DNA from: a virus
Lineage: Duplodnaviria > Caudoviricetes
Length of the DNA: 64,000 bases
Direction: 5' to 3' (one strand)
IMG/VR virus record: IMGVR_UViG_3300038524_000024
Span: 40,988 to 104,987 of that record
Under the pieces are notes generated by a model. The model was not told the origin of the DNA, searched no databases, and was given only the letters and a program-made list of their open reading frames with translations. Both the position numbers and the translations under genes were made by a program. Below, one piece after another: positions 48,767 to 58,805 of this stretch (position 1 is its first letter; the number at the start of each line of letters is the position of its first letter).

Positions 48767-49773
48767 TATTCACCATCATCTTCATATGACTCTGGTTCAT
48801 TTTCTTGCATTTCCCTAAGCAAGTCCCCACCGTGACCGCCTTCACCATCATTTTCAACGTAAAAATCTGGAGGAGTTTGTCCAAAGAAATTAAGTATTGG
48901 ACGAGTAACAAAGTCAGTAATATATTGTTCTATATTATCATTATCACTAAACAATTTCTTATCTTTATAATATTCAGCAGGCTCAGTATCTTCTATCATA
49001 CGAATGAAATCAGAAAACGCAGTCATTGATTTCCCAGAAATATTATCTTTGGTTTTGCTTGGTGTAATATCTAGCATGTCCATAATTTTCTGTTGTTCTT
49101 TTAAAAGAGCAGCGCCAGTATTGCCTTTAGCCCGCTCTTTTTCATAGTCAAGTTGATATTGCGTCAAATATTTATAAAGCAATTCTTGTTCTTTGGTTTG
49201 AACTTCATGATTTTCAACCCATTCTCTAAAATGTCTTTCAAGAAACTCATATTCTGGTTCAGAATATCTTTCTCCCCAAAACTCTTTTACATCATGGTGA
49301 GTTTCAAAATTTTTATAAACATCTGCAATAACCGCATTATTTGGTTCAATAAAACTTGTATCTACTGGTGGTCTATCGCCACCACCATAAAATGTTTTTG
49401 CAACCCAAGCCTTATACAATCCAAAGAAAGATAGTGGGTCAAAATTTGACATATCTATACCCTTTATTGCACCATTTAATGCATCCCCGCTAAATTTTAC
49501 ATCTAATATGCGACACGTATTAAGGGTTGCAACTTCTATGTTGGCACCACTCATAACATATTGGTTTTTAAATATTTCGTAGCAGCATGTTCTGCAAATA
49601 CTCATTCTACCATTTTTATCTAAAAAATGATTTGACGCAACAAAAAAATCGTCAACTCTTTTGGTTTTTTGACAATGGCGACAATAATATATTTTGCCAT
49701 CACGTGCGACTTTTACTGGTGCAATCGTGGCTGGCGTTTTTATTTTCGCACTTCTTTGTCTTGATACAGCCAT
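48766..49773 (-). CDS. Putative terminase small subunit with N-terminal Zn finger
   Basis: CRHC...ICRTC, FWG...EY.FLE, IE.TEPAEYY; directly upstream of TerL. Confidence 0.65.
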   Translation of the reverse strand: MAVSRQRSAKIKTPATIAPVKVARDGKIYYCRHCQKTKRVDDFFVASNHFLDKNGRMSICRTCCYEIFKNQYVMSGANIEVATLNTCRILDVKFSGDALNGAIKGIDMSNFDPLSFFGLYKAWVAKTFYGGGDRPPVDTSFIEPNNAVIADVYKNFETHHDVKEFWGERYSEPEYEFLERHFREWVENHEVQTKEQELLYKYLTQYQLDYEKERAKGNTGAALLKEQQKIMDMLDITPSKTKDNISGKSMTAFSDFIRMIEDTEPAEYYKDKKLFSDNDNIEQYITDFVTRPILNFFGQTPPDFYVENDGEGGHGGDLLREMQENEPESYEDDGE

Positions 49774-49830
49774 AAGACACCTCCAAGAAACAAAAGGGGG
49801 TCGACGCCCTTTTTATAATATTATTATTTA

Positions 49831-51105
49831 TTAATCGACAGAGGAATATATAATTGTTTCTAGCCCACAGTCTTTATCCCATATAAAAGCAAAAGCTTTT
49901 CTTTGAGTACCAACATAGCCTTTTTTGCCATGCCACGCGTCCGGAGCAGATACACTACTAATGCGTCTTATAATCAAACCTGAATCTTCTCTGACGCTTT
50001 CGTGATGTAAATCTCCCAGATGCCACTCTCGATGCCTTGTATTCGCCCATAACTCAGGAACTTCGATTTGCATAAGCCCAACAATTCGTTTTCCTTCATC
50101 TCGTCCATGTGAATAACCAATAAGATTTGTTCCATATGATACATACTTTCTAGGCGATGGGCTCGTATCTACACTAACATCTAATGTATTCTTATAAACA
50201 TGGGCTATCCCAACTAACGCACAATAAGATAGCATTTCATCATGATTCCCAGCAACATACATTATTCTTACCGGGGCAATAGCCCTAAGTTGTTCTATGC
50301 CCCACACAAGCATATCAACACCCGTAGCAAATATTTCTTGCCACGAAGAATTAGTATCAACTAATGTGCCGCTAGTGGTCGTACCACTTGGAGTATCTAT
50401 ATGAAAAAAATCCTGCCCTATAGGAAATACAATTTCCTCTATGTCGAAACCATAGTCATTAATTTTTTTCAAAATATCTACGATGATTTTTTTGTAAAGT
50501 TCTTGTGCTACTTGCAAATTGTAGTCATCGTCACCTGTAACAATACTGTCGGCAAATTTGCCGACATGAAAATCCAACAGCGGCAACTCAAGCATTTTAT
50601 TACCAGTATCATAGTTATATGATTCTAATTTTGGAACGTTGATATTAGAAAATACACTTGTGATAACATCCCCTGTTATTTTGTCAGTTAATGGTTTCAC
50701 TGTAAGTGTAACTGAATACTTATGATTGGTTATTGTTTCAGGTGTGTCGTTTAGTTTTAGAGTAACGTCCCAATTACCACGAATAACACGACATGTTATA
50801 ACTTCCCACAACATAGGATTGAATCCCATTTTTTTCATAATTGAAATTGGACTACTTGCTTCGTCCTCAGACATTTCAATGTCGCGTTTTATTGTACGTG
50901 AGTTATCCTTGTTGTAACTTATTTCTTCCTGTGTTGCTGGTTGCTGAATAACCGGTTGAAATTCTTCTAGTTTCTTTGCTAATAATGAAATTCCATACCA
51001 ATATTTTTTTGCATTATTAGCACCAACGCGTTTACCAAAAAATCTTGTAATCTTATCCTCTGGAGTTCCAGTCGCTTCAAGAATAGCCCTAGTAAAATCA
51101 CTCAT
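49831..51105 (-). CDS. Calcineurin-like metallophosphoesterase
   Basis: DFHVG, GQDFFH, GNHD, SHG, GDLHH motifs. Confidence 0.85.
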   Translation of the reverse strand: MSDFTRAILEATGTPEDKITRFFGKRVGANNAKKYWYGISLLAKKLEEFQPVIQQPATQEEISYNKDNSRTIKRDIEMSEDEASSPISIMKKMGFNPMLWEVITCRVIRGNWDVTLKLNDTPETITNHKYSVTLTVKPLTDKITGDVITSVFSNINVPKLESYNYDTGNKMLELPLLDFHVGKFADSIVTGDDDYNLQVAQELYKKIIVDILKKINDYGFDIEEIVFPIGQDFFHIDTPSGTTTSGTLVDTNSSWQEIFATGVDMLVWGIEQLRAIAPVRIMYVAGNHDEMLSYCALVGIAHVYKNTLDVSVDTSPSPRKYVSYGTNLIGYSHGRDEGKRIVGLMQIEVPELWANTRHREWHLGDLHHESVREDSGLIIRRISSVSAPDAWHGKKGYVGTQRKAFAFIWDKDCGLETIIYSSVD

Positions 51106-51418
51106 CTATTTCATCCTCTGCTATAGAATTATCTAATTCATTAATAAAATTATGCATAACCTTTGATGGAGACATATATACTCTTTTATGAGCGGGAACA
51201 ACCACGTGTTTTTTATTAAAAGCATCCCAGCCATTATATGAATCAACATCTTTAACATATAGCTTCATAATTCTATGCCATCTAAGCCTATCACCATTTT
51301 TGACTATTTTATAAATACAGTCTTCTAAAGTTTCAAATATAATACGGGTATCACCAATTGTAAAATCAGCCTGTTTTGCCACCAATCGTATTAAAGATTC
51401 TTTATCATATTCTAACAT
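51098..51418 (-). CDS. HU/IHF-like DNA-binding protein
   Basis: K..LI..VA.......D...IF.....I......GD.L, G.D......V.VPA..RV...PSK. Confidence 0.8.
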   Translation of the reverse strand: MLEYDKESLIRLVAKQADFTIGDTRIIFETLEDCIYKIVKNGDRLRWHRIMKLYVKDVDSYNGWDAFNKKHVVVPAHKRVYMSPSKVMHNFINELDNSIAEDEIDE

Positions 51419-51491
51419 TTTTCTTTCCTTTTCGCATATATTACTGTGTGCCAGACTCTATCTTCATATATAGAATATGTAATTTATCTGA

Positions 51492-52235
51492 TTACATATC
51501 ACTTTTTGGTTTATTTCTAAAATTAGAAACGTTTTTTCTAATATCTTTCTTTCTTTTTTCGTCATAACATTTGTCACAATATGTTCTTCGTTTAGGTTTT
51601 CCGAGCATTTGCTCACCGCAAATTGAACATACTGCTGGAAATTTATCAGACATATTATCAAAGTCAACAATCGTTATATCGTTTTCATTGTCTAATGTTT
51701 CTTGGTCTATAATGCTTATTTTATATCCTCCTCTTAAATTGGGTTCTATATATTTATTTTTACTTAAACTATGGATAATATCAATTCTTTCTGACTTTGA
51801 TAATCCGGTCATTCTAGATAGTCTAAACACGTCAGATAAAGAACCATTGTAGTAATAGTCTTTATCTTTTGACTTATTAAAAATCTTTGAAATAACAAGC
51901 ATGGTAAACAAAACTTTTTGCTCTTTTATATTTGTTATTGTATGAATTTTTTCTATCTCTCTTGCACTAACTATTACTGGCTCTCCAGTGCGCAATTCAT
52001 TTCGTCCAAAATGTTTTAATGCGTAATCGAGATGATTATCGCCAATAATTTCATTGAAACTATCATCTACTTCTGTGGCATACTCTATAATCTTTTCACG
52101 TACTTCCGGCTTTTTCAATCCCAGATAGTAGTAGTATTTTGTCAATATATTTAAATCTCTTTGTTTTATTACAAAGTTACTTTTGACATTCTTTAATATT
52201 TTCTCGGCATATTTTTTTTCGTCAAAAATAATCAT
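51492..52235 (-). CDS. RNAP-adjacent DNA-binding protein with C-terminal Zn finger
   Basis: IIFDEKKYAE, KVLFTML, helix-turn-helix-like region, CSICG...YCDKC. Confidence 0.7.
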   Translation of the reverse strand: MIIFDEKKYAEKILKNVKSNFVIKQRDLNILTKYYYYLGLKKPEVREKIIEYATEVDDSFNEIIGDNHLDYALKHFGRNELRTGEPVIVSAREIEKIHTITNIKEQKVLFTMLVISKIFNKSKDKDYYYNGSLSDVFRLSRMTGLSKSERIDIIHSLSKNKYIEPNLRGGYKISIIDQETLDNENDITIVDFDNMSDKFPAVCSICGEQMLGKPKRRTYCDKCYDEKRKKDIRKNVSNFRNKPKSDM

Positions 52236-52238
52236 ATA

Positions 52239-55040
52239 TTATTCCCATTCATCCAACATCTCATAACCATCGTATATAGTTGGATTGATTGGCATTTTAT
52301 ATGTCTTATATGATTTACCAAGATAATAGGTTGTGTCTGCTCCACCGTCCTCGTCAAAAAATAACATGTCAAGAGTAGTCTTACCGTTCATAATGCAATT
52401 GTTTTTTATATTTTCAACAATGCCATCCCCAAAAACAGACCAAACAAAAGATTTGCTATCAGATGGGTGTAATTCGTAGCAAATAGAGACCGCCAAATTA
52501 GTAAGCTCAGCAAAATTTTGACTTATTTTATAAGCTTCAAAACGAATAAACTTATTATACTGCTCAATAGTTCTAAAGCGACCCTCACCAGAGCTAGCTT
52601 GACCTTCTCTGGCAGCAATCTTATTAAACCGACTGCGTTCTGAACGATATCTTCTAAATAGGGCTTCCATTTGTTTGTATTTTGCACTATCAAAAGGTAT
52701 GGTCTTATCTTTCATAAATAACAATAAGTTTTCATGTATTTCTAGCGGAAAACTTAATTTAATTTCCTTTACTGTTTTCTCCATATGATGACAAATATCA
52801 TTCATAGTACAGCGAGTATCTAAAAGAGGAGAGTATCTCTCATACTTTTCAATAATATCAGAATAACCTTCGTCGTGTTCATTGATATCTTTAAATTCTT
52901 TGCCAAACATTGCCAAACAATATTTATCAAAATTTGCTATATGCTGAGTATAATCCTTGTTGTAATTAGTATATAAATACCTCATAAAATATGGGCGCTT
53001 ATCAATCAAAATTGAATTATTGAACTTTATTGCATCTGAAAAGGATTCATTGGCGCTAGTAACTTTAGTCCAATTAGTCCAGTGCTTTGGAAAAGATTTG
53101 ACAATTAATCCTTTTGCCTTATCTATCTGATTTCCCTGTTCTTTTCGACATATTTTTAGTCGTTTTATAATTTCAGAATACTCTTTTGATGACTTATCGT
53201 ATTGTGATAACATGGCGTATAAGGTCGTACTGCAATTAGTGATAAACCCAATGCGTGTATCAAATGCTTTTATATCATATTCATATAATGTATTTTCATC
53301 TATAATTTCTTTTGGTGTTTTATTTTTCGTATATGTTACCGGCAAACCGCGATATGCATTATTAATTACCTGTTCGTTATTAGTCGTCATAATAATATCA
53401 CCATCATAATCACTATCAGCTTGAAGCATATTATCAAACCCATGAACATTATATATAATTCCAGTTTTAATGTATTTATACCACTTCTGCGTCTTCTCGT
53501 TGGCGATTAGATTTAATATATTTATTTCAGAACGCCATGTTAATGGTGCTCTCAGCGCTGCGACCTTAACAACATTCTTTTTCAACCAGTAATTAGCATA
53601 ATGTTGATTTATTTGTAATAACCCATTGGCTGGCATATCAAATATATGTTCGCAAAACGCATAAGGGTCTGAAATAATTGTTTGATAATTACCATCCAAT
53701 AATAAATTTCCAATATATGAATCTCTAATTTTTTTATTTAATGAACTAATAATATGAGCCCTAATATATGGGTCATCAATGAAATCACTTCTCAATAATA
53801 AAGTTTTTGTAATTGGGTCAGAAATTTTTTCTAATATATTGAGCGATTCATCAAATGGTTGATTAGCAACCTTTCCAAGTAGATATAGTTTAGTAATATC
53901 GGCATCATATCCAATAGCCTGTCCAAAAAAATCAATTGTTGGTTGGCAAATCTTTTTCATATCGTCTTCAGAAAAGTCTTCTACTTGTAAAAACTGATAA
54001 TTCGTATAGATATAGTCTGAATCATACTTAGGCGCATATCTAGATACCCCCCAATGTAATCCATTTGTCCTAAGATTATCTACGTACTGTGCGTGATTTT
54101 CAAATGCATTCCACATTTTCAATTGAGATTCGGTGAGAACCATATCTACATTGCGAATATCTGTTTTCTTTCCCCACACATCGTTAAAATATTTTTTTTC
54201 AAATTCTTCGGCAAATGCATGAAAATCAAATACGGCAACCATACCCTTCATAAAATTATTGCGTATAATGAACGTAGACGGAATATAATCCAGTCCCAAC
54301 TCGTCAGCCCACTCAATTGCTTTGCTTGGTGATATGAGCCCCATTCCATCAAACAAGTTGAATGCAATATCCATTTGTCTTTCAACAACGTCATCGTCTA
54401 AATATGGATTGATAGACGTGTCATTTTCCTCAACAACATTTACCAAACAATTTTGTTTTACTATTTCCAAATCTCTTATGACTGCAAATTCAGGAGATGA
54501 AACCTGATAAGTGGCAGACGAACAAAGAGCAAAATAAGCATTGAATTTAGAAGGCGCTATTGGTATGTTTTCATTTCTTCCATTGTTTAAAACTTTTTTT
54601 AATGGATTAGCAAATTGTTCCTCTATGAAAATTGAATTATTGCGTCTAGAATGCCCCGCGCCACATAATAATCTAACATATTTCTTGCCGTTTACTATGA
54701 AACCATGCTGTGCAATATATTCATAGTCTTTTTTCTTATCGACAACCACTGATATAATTTCTGGAATAAAGAGAATAGAATCTAACTCACTAGCGTTATA
54801 TGCTTTTTGTTTGCGATTTTTTGAAAGGGACAGCACTTTTTCCGTGATAGGCATAAGGTCTTCTTCTATCTTTCCCTGCAAACGAAACAAAGAGCGAATC
54901 AATTGACTCTCTCCAATAGAAACCACTTCACCATTTCTTCTTGCTTCGTTTATGTCATTAAAGTTTATTTCGTAATTTGATTTTTTTAATCTCTTGGTGT
55001 TTGTTTTTATAATAAAAAATTGTTGTAATTTTCTACTCAA
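52239..55040 (-). CDS. yonO: YonO-like single-subunit (double-psi barrel) DNA-dependent RNA polymerase
   Basis: DGMGLI, IIRN.FMKG, LRAP, DSDYDGD metal-binding motif, IDKAKG; heads the late region as in SPbeta. Confidence 0.88.
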   Translation of the reverse strand: MSRKLQQFFIIKTNTKRLKKSNYEINFNDINEARRNGEVVSIGESQLIRSLFRLQGKIEEDLMPITEKVLSLSKNRKQKAYNASELDSILFIPEIISVVVDKKKDYEYIAQHGFIVNGKKYVRLLCGAGHSRRNNSIFIEEQFANPLKKVLNNGRNENIPIAPSKFNAYFALCSSATYQVSSPEFAVIRDLEIVKQNCLVNVVEENDTSINPYLDDDVVERQMDIAFNLFDGMGLISPSKAIEWADELGLDYIPSTFIIRNNFMKGMVAVFDFHAFAEEFEKKYFNDVWGKKTDIRNVDMVLTESQLKMWNAFENHAQYVDNLRTNGLHWGVSRYAPKYDSDYIYTNYQFLQVEDFSEDDMKKICQPTIDFFGQAIGYDADITKLYLLGKVANQPFDESLNILEKISDPITKTLLLRSDFIDDPYIRAHIISSLNKKIRDSYIGNLLLDGNYQTIISDPYAFCEHIFDMPANGLLQINQHYANYWLKKNVVKVAALRAPLTWRSEINILNLIANEKTQKWYKYIKTGIIYNVHGFDNMLQADSDYDGDIIMTTNNEQVINNAYRGLPVTYTKNKTPKEIIDENTLYEYDIKAFDTRIGFITNCSTTLYAMLSQYDKSSKEYSEIIKRLKICRKEQGNQIDKAKGLIVKSFPKHWTNWTKVTSANESFSDAIKFNNSILIDKRPYFMRYLYTNYNKDYTQHIANFDKYCLAMFGKEFKDINEHDEGYSDIIEKYERYSPLLDTRCTMNDICHHMEKTVKEIKLSFPLEIHENLLLFMKDKTIPFDSAKYKQMEALFRRYRSERSRFNKIAAREGQASSGEGRFRTIEQYNKFIRFEAYKISQNFAELTNLAVSICYELHPSDSKSFVWSVFGDGIVENIKNNCIMNGKTTLDMLFFDEDGGADTTYYLGKSYKTYKMPINPTIYDGYEMLDEWE

Positions 55041-55060
55041 AAGACAACCCTTCTGTTTGA

Positions 55061-55438
55061 CTAAATAATCGTTAAGTCAAAACGTAAATATATATGGTCG
55101 CGCTCACAATGCGCATTATCGAAGAAAGCAAGAATATGAAACCCAATCCATCGTTCTGTATATTTATTTTTACGATAAGCTTCTTTTAGTGCGAAGTATG
55201 TTTCAACAATACCCTGACCTCTCAACGTACAAATATGCTTTGGTTCATCATCTTTTAAAACGCCATGTAATAGTGCTGTTGAAAATGCACTGGCATAAGG
55301 ATAGGTAGATGTTTTATCACTAATATCATTAATACCATCAACGATTTTTTTTACATCTGTCTCAGAAAATCTAGCAGTTTCAATGATTAATGCATCTGTA
55401 TCTTTTTCAATAAGATAACCAACCAATATTTTTGTCAT
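55061..55438 (-). CDS. Hypothetical protein
   Basis: Coupled to upstream gene; operon context. Confidence 0.6.
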   Translation of the reverse strand: MTKILVGYLIEKDTDALIIETARFSETDVKKIVDGINDISDKTSTYPYASAFSTALLHGVLKDDEPKHICTLRGQGIVETYFALKEAYRKNKYTERWIGFHILAFFDNAHCERDHIYLRFDLTII

Positions 55439-56031
55439 TATATGCCAAACATATTTTCATTCGTCATATAATCAGCATATACTAATATATTACCACGATT
55501 CTGGTATGCTTTGCCAAAAATAAATAGTAACTGCATTAAAACATGCACGATTCCAGCATATTTTTTAACCATAGACTTTCTATCTGATAGACGTTTACTA
55601 TCAATGTCTATGTTTAGCATGTCTTCTTCTGAATTGAAAAATCCTCGACATAATGATTCTACATATTCTTCTATTGAGTAGTAAAAATCTGCAATATCGT
55701 TTGGTTCATCAAATAGCAGACTATGCGGGCTAACTGCAACATATTCCAGCATCTCATCCAGTTTAGCAAAAAGTGGTGTATCAACACAATAGTCCATTAA
55801 AACACCTAGTGCTTCAAAAACACTTGTATAGTTTAACTTTGTCACACAAGGCTCAGAAATGGAATTTGCATCTAATAATTCAAAAATGAAATACCTATTC
55901 TTTATATCCTTATCTAATCTTTTAGCAATAGGCACACTAGTACGATTATTACGCATATTATCCATTCGCACATGTTTACGTCCTTTCATATCTGTTCTGT
56001 CAGATATGGTTCTACTATAATTTTTTGTCAT
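55438..56031 (-). CDS. Hypothetical protein
   Basis: First gene after consensus promoter. Confidence 0.6.
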   Translation of the reverse strand: MTKNYSRTISDRTDMKGRKHVRMDNMRNNRTSVPIAKRLDKDIKNRYFIFELLDANSISEPCVTKLNYTSVFEALGVLMDYCVDTPLFAKLDEMLEYVAVSPHSLLFDEPNDIADFYYSIEEYVESLCRGFFNSEEDMLNIDIDSKRLSDRKSMVKKYAGIVHVLMQLLFIFGKAYQNRGNILVYADYMTNENMFGI

Positions 56032-56099
56032 GTTCTTTAAACATTATTCCTCCAAATCATTAATTTGCCATCTACAAATCAGATTTCAAGTATATTTAT

Positions 56100-56128
56100 A
56101 TTATAACATATAATATATAAAATGTCAA
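56100..56128 (-). promoter_or_regulatory. Consensus sigma70/sigmaA promoter for the RNAP operon
   Basis: TTGACA-N17-TATAAT with extended TG. Confidence 0.85.
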
Positions 56129-56138
56129 GTACTAAAAA

Positions 56139-56522
56139 TCAAAATGGTATATCATCAGTATTATCATTGTCAGTACCAAAATAGTCCTGATTTACAGCAT
56201 CAACTATTTTGCTCATTTCTTCTTTTGTAAGGTTTCTATATTTATAAGACCGCATTGTATTATTGTTTGGTTCATACGCAAAGATACAACTATCATCAAG
56301 ACTATTTGAATCGAATTGTTCTATATTTACAATTCTCCAGTCTAATATATCGTTGGTGTCGCCGTCTTCCATATATACACCATATTCGGTCTTATCACCA
56401 TGATTCGCTCTTTTTTCAAGAACAATTCCCATAAAGGACATAGTATCATCATCGAATTCAAAACCATGATGTAAAGCAATATGATTACCAACCTCTAAAA
56501 TTTCATTTCGCTGTAATGACAT
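56139..56522 (-). CDS. RNEI-motif paralog 5
   Basis: MSLQRNEILEVGNHI. Confidence 0.65.
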   Translation of the reverse strand: MSLQRNEILEVGNHIALHHGFEFDDDTMSFMGIVLEKRANHGDKTEYGVYMEDGDTNDILDWRIVNIEQFDSNSLDDSCIFAYEPNNNTMRSYKYRNLTKEEMSKIVDAVNQDYFGTDNDNTDDIPF

Positions 56523-56766
56523 TGTTTGCCTCATCATCATGCAATTTAAATTCTAAAATCCTATCAAGATACCATGGAGTTGAAGAACCATCTTGTCTCT
56601 CAAGTTCTATCTTGATAAAGGGTGATATCGGACTATTAGGATACTTTTCGGTATCAATAATTTTTCCAACGCTATCAAATCTATCTGATAAATGTCCACT
56701 CCCAGTCATTCCAATATGTTGACCGTTTTCAAAAATTTCATTTCTAGGTATCATTGGCTTTCTCAT
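56503..56766 (-). CDS. RNEI-motif paralog 4
   Basis: PRNEIFENGQHI. Confidence 0.65.
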   Translation of the reverse strand: MRKPMIPRNEIFENGQHIGMTGSGHLSDRFDSVGKIIDTEKYPNSPISPFIKIELERQDGSSTPWYLDRILEFKLHDDEANNVITAK

Positions 56767-57077
56767 CGTTTCTCCTCCGCAAAAATTAGTACCTTATCTT
56801 TTTCCCATTCATATCCGGCAAAATCAGGTAAGGTTACAGTATCTGTATCTATTCTACCATTTGATTCTTCTATCCGTTTATAATGTCGAAAGGTTAATCC
56901 TCGATAGGTATCTGGCTCTTCAGTTGTTAGGTTTACCAATTTCCCAGAATACATACCGCCACTATACGACATCGTTCTTTGAATGGTAATAGTAAATATT
57001 CCACCCCTTGCTATCGTAGCACCACTTTCAATAATTTCATTACCAATTACTATACCATTATATATTCTAAATTTCAT
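56763..57077 (-). CDS. RNEI-motif paralog 3
   Basis: MKFRI....IGNEIIESG...AGYE. Confidence 0.65.
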   Translation of the reverse strand: MKFRIYNGIVIGNEIIESGATIARGGIFTITIQRTMSYSGGMYSGKLVNLTTEEPDTYRGLTFRHYKRIEESNGRIDTDTVTLPDFAGYEWEKDKVLIFAEEKR

Positions 57078-57372
57078 TGTATTTCTCCACTATAATCAAA
57101 GTATTGTTGTTATCGTTTTCATATCCAATAACGCTTGGTAAACAAGCTACACCAGATTGATATTCTGGCTCTGCAATCCAATAAGACAAAGTATACTCTA
57201 AATCATTATGCATTTGTGTTTCATATATGGTTTCAAAAATTCCATATAGAACAGAACCGTTATACACGAGAGTATTATCAACTATGTCTCTTCCTAATTG
57301 AATAACCATAGTGCTACCCTTTTCGATAATCTCATTACGAACAACTTTTTTGTTAGATATATTAAACTTCAT
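57067..57372 (-). CDS. RNEI-motif paralog 2
   Basis: MKFNISNKKVVRNEIIEKG...IGYEN. Confidence 0.65.
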   Translation of the reverse strand: MKFNISNKKVVRNEIIEKGSTMVIQLGRDIVDNTLVYNGSVLYGIFETIYETQMHNDLEYTLSYWIAEPEYQSGVACLPSVIGYENDNNNTLIIVEKYNEI

Positions 57373-57664
57373 TGTATTCCTCTGCATAACATAATTCTCC
57401 TTGTGTATTTTCATATCCGATTGTTTTTATGAAATAAGAGCTATTGCCTTCTCTAGTAATCCAATCATAATCCCATATTTCATATTCATAAATATTATCT
57501 TTACCATCATATAGTTTATTTACCAGAGTCACAATTTCAACATTCTCACTTTGATAAAAAACAAATCCATCTGTTCTCTCCATCATATAAAAAAGTGGAT
57601 AATGAGCACCACGACTAATAATTTCATTGCGTATAATTTTTTTGTCTTTAATTTGAAATTTCAT
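57362..57664 (-). CDS. RNEI-motif paralog 1
   Basis: MKFQIKDKKIIRNEIISRG...IGYEN. Confidence 0.65.
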   Translation of the reverse strand: MKFQIKDKKIIRNEIISRGAHYPLFYMMERTDGFVFYQSENVEIVTLVNKLYDGKDNIYEYEIWDYDWITREGNSSYFIKTIGYENTQGELCYAEEYNEV

Positions 57665-57686
57665 TGTATCCTCAAGCATTAGTATA

Positions 57687-57893
57687 CTACATTACCGTTG
57701 TCGTGTCAAGGTCTTGAGGAATAATAGTGGCTTCATAAATTACTGATATGTTTTCGTATGCTAGGTCTAAGTATTGTGATAGCGTAGCATTAGGATAGTC
57801 TTTTACTAATTGTGTAACCGCATCAACCTCATTATCATAATATATATTATTATATAACCATAATTTCTTATTTTCTGTCACGACAATCCTCAC
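57687..57893 (-). CDS. Hypothetical protein
   Basis: Fills operon gap; start uncertain. Confidence 0.45.
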   Translation of the reverse strand: MRIVVTENKKLWLYNNIYYDNEVDAVTQLVKDYPNATLSQYLDLAYENISVIYEATIIPQDLDTTTVM

Positions 57894-58167
57894 ATATAGT
57901 TCTTAACCAACCGTGGTCGTCTATTGTTTTTCCGGGTTGTCCACAATTTTCACAAATGGTCGTTGATTTATGTTCACATTTATCAATTAGGTCAAGATAT
58001 TCGTCAGGTGCTGAACCAACATAGAAACGCAAACCCCCATATTTTTCCTTAACTTGAATAACTTCAACGTTATTTGGTTTTTTGTCATATAATTCATTGA
58101 TTAAATCTTTCCACCCATCGCCAACACAAATTAAAGCATGTTCTCTTTTTATACTATTATAAGACAT
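57868..58167 (-). CDS. Conserved phage protein (QVKEKYGGLRFY family) with Zn finger
   Basis: GDGW..LI, QVKEKYGGLRFY, CENCGQPG...W..T.CEDC. Confidence 0.75.
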   Translation of the reverse strand: MSYNSIKREHALICVGDGWKDLINELYDKKPNNVEVIQVKEKYGGLRFYVGSAPDEYLDLIDKCEHKSTTICENCGQPGKTIDDHGWLRTICEDCRDRK

Positions 58168-58168
58168 T

Positions 58169-58648
58169 CTAATTCTCACTTTCGGTTTCAATTTTTCTAA
58201 ATACTTTTGCCCATCTTTGTTTCTTAACTATTGGTTGGTCAGACCTTCTTCCATCTCTATTATTCCAACCCACACCATCTTTACGTTCAGTATATTCTTG
58301 TATCCATCCACTGGCTATTAATGACGTTCCCGGTTCGGTATCTAATATATACGTTTGTATTTTTTCGTAACCCAATTCTTTTGCTACTCTGGCACTTGCA
58401 GAATATAGTAGAGAACAAGCGTTTTTTGTGCCATCTGTAACAAGTCTAGTTACTTCCAATACTTTACTTTTATCAATCATTCTTGCAACTGGTCTTCCAA
58501 CTATTGCCGCACCAACAAATTTATTTTGGTTGGTATCATATGCACCAATGCTAAAACGATGCCCTACTGCTGGTTTGTGATGTCTGTGTAGTTGACTAAC
58601 TAGTTCATTTGCATCTTTCAATTCAATTGGTTTTATTATCAAACTCAT
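58169..58648 (-). CDS. XF1762-family / Mom-like GNAT-fold protein
   Basis: AN..V...HRHH.P..GH.FSIG, GRPVAR, LEVTRL.TDGTKNACS.LY.A, TYI...EPGTSL.ASGW. Confidence 0.78.
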   Translation of the reverse strand: MSLIIKPIELKDANELVSQLHRHHKPAVGHRFSIGAYDTNQNKFVGAAIVGRPVARMIDKSKVLEVTRLVTDGTKNACSLLYSASARVAKELGYEKIQTYILDTEPGTSLIASGWIQEYTERKDGVGWNNRDGRRSDQPIVKKQRWAKVFRKIETESEN

Positions 58649-58805
58649 TTGTTGCTTTCACGTCCAATTTTATATAATCTTCACAATCTGTTGCTTGTTC
58701 ATCTCTTTTAATTAGCATCCTTTTGTTGACAAGACAATACCATCGTGGTGGATAGTGCCAACGTTCTTCAATTGACCAGTAGCATTGCGAGCAGAACTTA
58801 GCCAT
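58623..58805 (-). CDS. Small Cys-rich hypothetical protein
   Basis: MAKFCSQC...WYC...CEDY. Confidence 0.55.
   Translation of the reverse strand: MAKFCSQCYWSIEERWHYPPRWYCLVNKRMLIKRDEQATDCEDYIKLDVKATNEFDNKTN

Noticed and set aside
52239-55040. RNA-dependent RNA polymerase / RNAi system
   Set aside because: The fold is shared with eukaryotic RdRPs, but sequence motifs and synteny match YonO, a DNA-dependent enzyme.
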